Program-made: the position numbers and the translations under genes
Shown here: positions 36,050-43,768 of the stretch, one piece after another
Position numbering within the stretch: position 1 is the stretch's first letter
How the letters are laid out: every line of letters starts with the position of its first letter
Assembly (NCBI RefSeq): GCF_001194135.2
Contig: NC_068982.1
Span: forward strand, 166,519,839 to 166,563,606
DNA: 43,768 nt
Source of the DNA: Octopus bimaculoides
Lineage: Eukaryota
Direction of reading: 5' to 3'
Notes under the pieces: generated by a model
Database searches by the model: none
Told to the model about the DNA's origin: nothing
What the model saw: only the letters and a program-made list of their open reading frames with translations

Positions 36050-36373
36050 TGGAGGTGCAATGGCCCAGTGGTTAGGGCAGCGGACTCACAGTCGTGAGAT
36101 CGTAGTTTCGATTCCCAGACTGGGCGTTGATTGAGTGAAAACACCTAAAGTTCCACGAGGTTCAGTCAGGGGGTGGTGGCAAACCCTACTGTACTCTTTC
36201 ACCACAACCTTCTCTTACTCTTTCTTCCTGTTTCTGTTGTACCTGTATTTCAAAGGGCCAGCCTTGTTACACACTGTGTCTGTGGAGTGCTCAGCCACTT
36301 GCATGCTAATTTCACGAGTAGGCTGTTCTGTTGATCAGATCAACTGAAACCCTCGTTGTTGTAACCGACGGAA
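36050..36373 (+). mobile_element. SINE type C (tRNA-derived), full length with target-site duplication
   Basis: A-box tggcccagtggttagg, B-box gtttcgattccc, and an exact 11-bp TSD taagtgaatgg at 36039-36049 and 36374-36384. Confidence 0.9.
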
Positions 36374-37779
36374 TAAGTGAATGGCTTAAAAACTCAATCA
36401 AAAGAAGTTTGAAATCAGTAGTGGAGCAGACTGAGATGGTCAGAGAAGTTTGGTTGCTAAATTCTTGCATACTGGATAGTAGTTATGGGGAAGACACAAT
36501 ATAAAAGTATATTGCAAGAGAAAGAGAAGTGGTAAGTACAAGAAATAGGTTTAAGTGGAAGATGTGGCCTAGCATATTGTCAACAAGTTCAGAGAAGCAG
36601 AGATCATTGTGTAATAGTAGACAAGATGAAGGATAGGTGATAGTTAAAGAATGCTAATGCAACAAGATTTTCCAATCAAGTGAACAATCTACTTTGGACA
36701 TCATCCAGAACAAAAACACTAAACTCTTGCCATGACCTGTTGCTTGGCTGCTGTTCTGTTTGAATTGCTATTTTCATGCTAATAATGTATACCAGGTAGA
36801 CCTGACCTGGGTTATTTAATACCAATGATTTCTAACATATGCACAACGTCACAAAAGTCAAATATATAGAGCCCAGTATTTAACTGATATTTCTTTTATT
36901 GTCCTCACCTACCACACACATATTAAGGATAGAGTTATTCCTGGCAGGAATTGAACTCATAATGCAAAATGACACAACTGAATACCACCTTACTCGTGAA
37001 TCTGCCAGTCATTGTCCAACTTAATAAGAAAAAATAACCACAACAACAAAATATCTGTATGATTGTATCCCTAAAATTAAAAGCTAGATTCATGTGGAAT
37101 TTAATTCAGTCAAGAAGCATGAAGTTTACTCTGTAATAAGTTTTTCCAGCTACTTAAAAGCTGAAGTCATGTCAAAGCTCATGTCTGTGTCCTATTTCTC
37201 AATGCTTTCCTAAGTAGTTAAGTAAATTATTACTCGAAGATTTTTATTTAACTAAGTGATACAGAACAGCTCTAGTGATATGGTGTGAATTCTAAAAGTA
37301 TTTGACTGAGGAAACCAACACTATTCACTCAGCCATTGTGACTCCATATCTTATCAACACAATTCTCTTTCAGGATATAAGATGAAGAATTTTTTTTTTT
37401 TTTTTTCCACCACCCCTTTTTGTTTTTATTTGTCAAGCTCTGTAGTACAACAGTTAAGTTCTTACCAAAATAGGTCAGTGAATAAGTTTCAATAGCCAAT
37501 GAAAACTGCTTCATTTACACAGTTTTCATGTTTCACAAAAACATGGATTTCACAAAACTTCATTTCTTTTGTAAATCTGAAGACTTTCCAACTTTACAGC
37601 AACACAATAAATGTGTGACAGCTGCTTGACTCAGTTGCAAATGAAGTTTATGGTTTGCAGCTATTCTTGTCCAAGTCACAATTAACACCAAAATGATGTA
37701 AACTAATAATGCTAGGATAAGGTTAAACAATCATACACAAACTGAAAACTAAAAAGAAATTGAGGCTCATGATACATAC

Positions 37780-37835
37780 ACATTTCCACAATCGATTTTA
37801 GAGGTGGCTTTGTGCTTCAAATCACGTAACTCATC
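37780..37835 (-). CDS. DOCK1: DOCK-A exon c (56 nt): DELRDLKHKATSKIDCGN
   Basis: Poly-T tract plus cag acceptor, donor gtatgt. Matches DELKELKKKVTAKIDYGN. Confidence 0.93.
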
Positions 37836-38237
37836 CTGAAAAAAAAAAAAAAAAAAAAAAAAAGATAGGTCACAAGACAAATACAAAATGGACTGGTAGA
37901 ACTTAAAANNNNNNNNNNGAACTTAAAAAATATAGACATTTTTGTCTTTCTCTTAACTTAAATGTTTAGCATTATAAATTTCTACAATTTCCTGTATGGA
38001 GTAATTTTTAATATTCACCATTTCCTACAATTAATTACTATTTATTTCCAGGAAATCTTTTAGAATTTCTAGAATTTATTAATTATTCTGAAGCACAGTA
38101 TTAGGAGACCATTGCATCCATATTGAAAAACTGGGCTGGGAAATAAAATCTATGAAGAAAAAAAGTGACAAAAGTAAATACCCTCCCCCTCCCTGTCATT
38201 AAACATGTGTACTGTAAACTAAAAACTGATTACTTAC

Positions 38238-38327
38238 CACAGTCATTTTTTGGGATAAAATCTTACTCCGCCATTCCATTAAATCTAGTACTGAATTTCG
38301 GATGTCGAGGAATTTTTCATCACAGTT
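38238..38327 (-). CDS. DOCK1: DOCK-A exon b (90 nt): NCDEKFLDIRNSVLDLMEWRSKILSQKMTV
   Basis: Acceptor caacag, donor gtaagt, phase 0/0. Matches DOCK1 MIYDLIEWRSQILSGTLP. Confidence 0.93.
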
Positions 38328-38694
38328 CTGTTGCCAAAGATAAGACAAGACAGATGAGAGAGAGAGAGGGGGGGGAAGGGAAGGGAGGGGCAAGTTTGTT
38401 TTTGATGTTGGGATTTGCAGCCCTGCAGATCCAAACAACTTCTGTAGGGAAATGAATGTTTAAGTGATGTTGCTGATGAGGCTTCACACATTAACTACTA
38501 TTAAATATTGTTTTGCATTAAATGTTTTCTTCATAAATGAAAGGAAACAGATTTCCAAACATGAGTACACAACTTTTTTTTCTCTCATTATTGTTTCATA
38601 AAATCTTTCTTTTTTGAAATTTACAATACATTGAAAGCAGTGGTTTTATAACTTTATAGCTTAGATTTAAAGTGCATGCATAATTTGAGTTATC

Positions 38695-39047
38695 TCATCA
38701 TCATTGTTTAATGTCCGCTTTCCATGCTGGCATGGGTTGGATGGTTTGACAGAAGGTGGCCAGGGATTGCACCTAGAAAGTTCCCCTCTCGGGCACAAGT
38801 CCGGGCAAGGTTGTTTTGTGGAAGACCAGCAGTTACCTATGCATACCTCCCCTCTCCACACCAAGGGAAAGGCAAAGACTGATACAACTTGGCACCAGTG
38901 GACATTGCAACACATTTCTACAGCTGAGTGAACTGGAGCAATGTGAAATAAAGTGTCTTGCTCAAGAACACAATACATAGCCCGATCCAGGAGTCAAACT
39001 CACTACCTCATGATTGTGGGCCTGACACTAACTACTGAGCCATACAC
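38695..39047 (-). mobile_element. SINE type D (tRNA head plus conserved core) ending in the RTE LINE 3' tail
   Basis: Minus strand: A-box tggctcagtagttag, B-box gagtttgactcc, core ttgagcaagacactttatttcacattgctccagttcactcagctg, end ccatccaacccatgccagcatggaaagcggacattaaacaatgatgatga. Confidence 0.8.
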
Positions 39048-39597
39048 ATATATGTATGAGTGTGTGTGTGTGTGTGTGTACAGACACACACATACATATA
39101 CATATATATCAATTCAGTTTGACTAGATGTATAGCATGGATTTAACTGTCAGAAGTATTATACTTCATTGGTATTTTAAAATGAAATCAGGCTTACTATA
39201 TATATAGTACTCAATAAGCTAGAGTGTGTACATTTGTTCAGGTAAACAAGAAGAGGAAAATGAGATAGAGTGGGTAGATAGAAAGAGGAAGAGTATCATT
39301 GTTTTATCATTATTCAATTTTTAATGTCCACTTTATGCTATGAGGAAAAAGATAACTCTACTGTTTTAGGCAAAACCCTCTGGAGAGAGACACAGACTTG
39401 ATTGTGTGTGTTTCATGAAAGGTTATCAAAAACAATAAGAATGTAGTGTATTGTTCATTCTTGTTATGAAGTTTGAGACTAAAGAGATTTGTTTCAACTA
39501 TACTCAAATTGCGCAAAAAGTTTTAAAAATCTAATCTGTTAAATGTATTAAATTAAGATATATTTTCAGTGATTCCAGAACACAGATGGTAATATAC

Positions 39598-39694
39598 CTC
39601 ATAAAGTTGATACATTATGTTACTCCATTCTTGAAGTACACTTGTAATCTCTGCAACAATTGGTGGTTCACCTGTGTAAATGAGTTCTTGACAT
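39598..39694 (-). CDS. DOCK1: DOCK-A exon a (97 nt): CQELIYTGEPPIVAEITSVLQEWSNIMYQLYE
   Basis: Acceptor ttacag, donor gag|gtatat. Aligns to DOCK1 [31 protein letters not shown]. Confidence 0.93.
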
Positions 39695-40384
39695 CTGTAA
39701 TGAGCAAAAATAAAAAGAAAAAGAGTCAACAGAAATACATAACATGACAAGAATAGTATAAAATTGTGGAACTATCCTCAATATGTTTGTCCTCTATATG
39801 GTCATAAATGTTTTTGAAGAAATTAGCAGTATTTCTAGCTATAAATGTAGCAAAGTGAAAGTAAAGATCCAACCCTCAGTGTGTAAAAACAACAATTTCT
39901 TCCATGATAAATGGGGCTTTTATAAAGTAATAATTCTACTGCAATATAACATTGGTACATAAATAAAATATATGCGTGAGGGTATTATGGGCTTAAAAGA
40001 AAAATAGATTAATAAATGATAAGAACAACTTCCTTCCATTTCATTTTAACACATAAACAGGAGTTACTGTAATAAATTATATATAATAGGCATTACACAA
40101 TACTATCAGCAGCTGCAGCATTGAAAAGATCAACTGATTGACAATATAATAGTTTTACATACTATCAATTACACAATCCTGACAATAGCTGTAGTTCAAA
40201 TAGAAATTATGGATTGTGATTAAAACTTCAGTAATTAATTAAATAACAAAAAGGAGAAATAATGGATAAGTTACAGCTTAAGTTAGTTGAGCAGAGAAAG
40301 GCAAAAATAAAAGAATGCAAAAGTAATTTTTAAAAAAATGTTTACAACAGAATGTGAGATAAATGATACACAGGAAAAAGTAGA

Positions 40385-42775
40385 GAAGGCAGGACACCCA
40401 TATCTGGTAGAATAGGATAGGGTCTAGTAACCCGCATAATTAATCAGGAAGATGTCCTCCCCAATGACTGGTGCCACAAAGGTACACAGAAGTAATTACA
40501 TCAGCATCAAATTGCTGGACCAAATTACGAAAGTTACAGGAAAAGTTATAGCCCAATTAATTAGAGACAGAATCAGATAAGATGAAATGCAGTCTGGCTT
40601 TGTGCCAGGGAGAAGCACTGACGACACTGTTATTATAGTCAGGCAACTGCAGAAGAATAAACTATTGTACTTGGCATTTGTTGAGTTGGAGAAATCCTTC
40701 AATAGAGTACCTAGCTGTGTGATATGGTGGGCTCAGAGAAAGCTGAGGGTAAACAAATGTCTTGTGAAAGCTGTGCAAGGCATGTACAGAGGTTCTATTA
40801 GTAAGGTGAGAGTTAACCAGGAGTACAGTGATGAATTTAGTGTGCAGGCAGGCGTTTTTGTCAGGCTTGGTTATCAGTCCCCTCCTATTCATCATTGTCT
40901 CCAAAGCCATAACAAAACTTTAACATCGGCTACCCCTGGGAACTGCTATATGCTGGTAATCTTGCTCTTACAGCAGATTCTGTAACAGAACTAGAAAAGA
41001 AATTTCAGGTGTGGAAGCAAAACCTGGAATCAAAGGGCCTTAAGATTAACTTAGCAAAGACCAAGGTCCTAGTAAGCAGGAAATTAGTCAAGACCCTACC
41101 CGCATTGGGTAAATGGCCCTACTGAATATGTAGGAAAAGTGTAGACAGTAATTCCATAAGGCATACAGTGTTAGCTATGGACACACAAGAGGTGCAATGG
41201 AATAATAGGAAGAGTAAGAGAGAAAGAAGTGTTGTATGCGGAACATGCACAGGAGCCATAAAGACTACAGATATATGAGAAATAGATTTTCGCAAATGCC
41301 CCAGAGCTCTTTAGAGATAATGGATAATTTTTGCAACCTAGAGGACTTGATCAGCAGCGAGGGAGATGTACCAAAAGTGTAATTGCTAGAATAAGAATAA
41401 GAAGGAGAAAATTCAGATACCTTTTGCCTCTGTTGGCAACCAAAGGTCACTCTCCCTGAGTGAAAAGAAGGTTGAATGATGCATGTGTATGAACAACAAT
41501 ATTACGTGGCAGTGAAGGGTGGGCCCTTAATGCAGAAGACATGCAAAAACTACAGGGAAATGAAGCTAGTATTCTCTGCTGGATGTGCAATACATGTGAG
41601 ACAGAGTGTAAGTGGATTGAGAGAAAAATTAGACCTAAGAGTTAGATGCAGTGTGCAAGAGAGAAGACTGCACTGGTTTAGTCATGTAATGCATATGAAT
41701 GTGGAGTTACATACAGAAGTGCTGATTGCTTAAAGTGGATGGAACTTGTGGAAGAGGGAGACCAAGAAAGATATTGGATGAAATACTGAAGGCTAATCTC
41801 AAGATCCTGAGCTTTACAAAGGAGATAAAGGACAGATATCGGGTGCCTTGCTGTACTGAAAAAGACATCCACCACAGCAGAATTGATATCCTTAACCATC
41901 CTGGATAATGCTTGTCTGTGAGGAGCTTGCCCCAACCCACCTGCATCCACTCTGCCTTGTCAACCATTTTCCTACACCTTTCATACCCTAACTCACATCA
42001 CCTGAAAGCAGAACAGGTGCATACTACATTCTCCTGCTTTCTCAGTTACCTCCTTCTTCATGCTGAAATGCTTTCATTTCCCATTATCTTCCCCCACCTG
42101 CTGTCTCTACCAATCACCTCCTTTCTGTGCCTTCTCTCCCTTGTGTTGTTCTCCATCATTAACACTTCGCTTTTCTGCTATCACCCTCAATGCCCTCACA
42201 CACCTACCCAACCCTGCTCCCCCAGCCTCTTCTACATTTCACTCCATCATCTGCCTCAGTCACCTATATCTTGTCCATCCAACCAGTCTAAATTTCTGTA
42301 TCACCCCAATTATTCTCACCACTCCTAATGCCCCTTGAGGGCATGTCCTGACATATCTTTGCCATCATCTCTTGCATTATTGATCTCTTTATCTTACTCT
42401 CTAACTCACCCTCCTTTCTTTTTCAACTGGAGTATTCTATACCTCTATCCTCTAATATCTCATCAGCTGGCACAAACTCCCCTTACTCCCCCCAACAACT
42501 ACCTGCTTCCAAGTTACTTGGTGATGCTGTCAGTGCTGGTACCAAGTAAAGAACACTGGTGCTGGCACTATGTAAAAAAGCACTGGTGCCATATAAAAAG
42601 AACTGGTGCTACATAAAAGCACCCAGTACACTCTGTAAAGAGGTTGGCTTTAGGAAGAGCATCTAGCCATAGAAACCATGCCAAAACAGACAATGGGGCC
42701 TTACTAGCTCCTGTTAGACCATCCAACCCATGGCAGCTTGAAAAATGAACATTAAATGATCGTGATGATGAATTA
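40385..42775 (+). mobile_element. 5'-truncated decayed RTE-type LINE: RT, C-terminus, pyrimidine-rich 3' UTR and structured tail
   Basis: NY..IKLLDQ, EMQSGFVPGRSTDD, LYLAFVELEKSFNRVP, SPLLFII, PWELLYAG (YADD decayed), KGLKINLAKTKVL, QERRLHWFSHV and VDGTCGRGRPRK. The 3' end matches the other copies, ending tgatcgtgatgatga. Confidence 0.92.
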
Positions 42776-43635
42776 ATTAATGTCTAGTGCTTTTCTGCTC
42801 ATAATAATTCTTGAACTATAACCCAACTTCAAGAATGGTTGTGTTTGGGAACTGTTAATGATATGGTTCTCATATCAGGACCTTTTGAAATGTTGCAAAA
42901 ATGTTGCAGACATTATTCAAAGGCCTGAAGATCAACATGGAAAAGACTAATGTGCTGGTTTAGTAAGTGACAATATAAAATCACAGTGATATTTGGGAAT
43001 TAATCAGGTGTAATAAGAATTCAGTAAGAGTTTGATCAAGCAAAACAAAACAAGCAATGAATATACAAAGAATGCAGTGGAACCTATGACATAATAACAT
43101 ATATAAGACGTGAGCTATGCTAGATATACAGGATAGTTAGTAGTAGAAGTATCACTTAAATTAAGTTGATGAACTGCCCAAATGGTTCACTAAATATAGT
43201 TGCTAGTTACTGAGGTAGTTACAGAAGACCTATCCTACTCACACTAGTCACAGACAGGTGGGCATTAAAATGATGATGACTTACAAAGTGCTCAGGCAAA
43301 GTCAGAGTTGCTAGATTCTACAGAAAGAGAATCGATATGTTTATTAACCCAGTTGTCTTTCACTTTTTCCTTTCAACTATTCAAAGAAGATAAGGAAGGA
43401 GAGGAAAAGAATAAAGATTCTTTTTTTTGTTTCAAATATGTCAGTTTCTTCCCTGGGATTGCACTTTGCTTAGTTTTTTTGTTTATTTATTATTTATCTT
43501 CTTATTTTTTGTTCTAATTCTCCTGAGAATGCATCTGTGCAAATGTAGGATAAATAATATCTCTCTGTAACACAGCTGTTATATTGTCAGGAGTGGAAAC
43601 AACTTCCAAGAAAATCACCCTCTCTCTCTTTCATT

Positions 43636-43649
43636 CACACACACACACA

Positions 43650-43690
<41 letters not shown>
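43636..43690. repeat. (CA)n microsatellite
   Basis: Seen directly. Confidence 0.95.
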
Positions 43691-43692
<2 letters not shown>

Positions 43693-43768
43693 ATTTTTAA
43701 ACTTAAATAATTTGAAATATCAAAGAATTTTTTTCCTGCATATTTAGTGTAATATTTTAAAGATTCAT

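Larger units (their letters stand above)
2896..39694 (-). other. DOCK1: Partial multi-exon gene: DOCK-A family dedicator of cytokinesis (DOCK1/2/5-like Rac GEF), 14 coding exons in the window
   Basis: The spliced translation contains DOCK180-family motifs: [109 protein letters not shown] and YYHEDRPKWFETVK. PGDVRN and CRIGEDA favour DOCK-A over DOCK3/4. All introns are GT-AG and phases match. The symbol denotes the family, since invertebrates typically have one DOCK-A gene. Confidence 0.95.

Noticed and set aside
36051-36125. tRNA gene
   Set aside because: A and B boxes are present but the sequence runs on into a SINE body with a TSD and has no proper acceptor stem; it is a tRNA-derived SINE head.
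37895-37930. Direct repeat gaacttaaaa flanking an N run (similar mirrored flanks at the 12335 gap)
   Set aside because: Most likely an assembly overlap across a placeholder gap, not biology.
41912-42616. Overlapping Leu/Ser/Pro-rich ORFs
   Set aside because: Pyrimidine-rich LINE 3' UTR, which lacks stop codons for compositional reasons.
43280-43320. 33-nt exon-like segment with a good acceptor and gtaagt donor
   Set aside because: In the phase-2 intron upstream of exon a it introduces an immediate TAG, and the exonic side of the donor (ttt) is poor.
39700-43768. SH3-encoding DOCK exons (e.g. GIFPxxY)
   Set aside because: No matching frame with splice sites was found; these exons must lie beyond the right edge.

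Overview
AT-rich animal genomic DNA, most likely Octopus. The species call rests on my recollection of the SINE/LINE families and has not been searched. The window is an internal segment of a minus-strand DOCK-A family Rac-GEF gene (DOCK1/2/5; myoblast city/CED-5 type). I reconstructed 14 GT-AG coding exons by hand between 39694 and 2896. They total 1234 nt, all phases are compatible, and they give 411 uninterrupted codons covering the ELMO-binding helical region, the DOCK N-terminal region and the first part of the DHR-1 (C2) domain. The SH3 exons and the C-terminal exons lie outside the window. The introns are full of decayed mobile DNA: RTE-type and CR1/L2-type LINE pieces, four tRNA-derived SINE types, a full-length dead mariner, a hAT MITE, a TTAA-flanked piggyBac-like element, microsatellites and four 10-N gaps. 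The top finding is a candidate in-frame 6-nt (or 3-nt) microexon at the start of DHR-1 with neural-microexon-type flanking motifs. Other leading observations are tandem arrays of a hairpin plus H-type pseudoknot unit in the RTE 3' UTR, and a templated insertion that creates an 81-bp intronic inverted repeat. Most ORFs in the supplied track are chance ORFs or TE debris.
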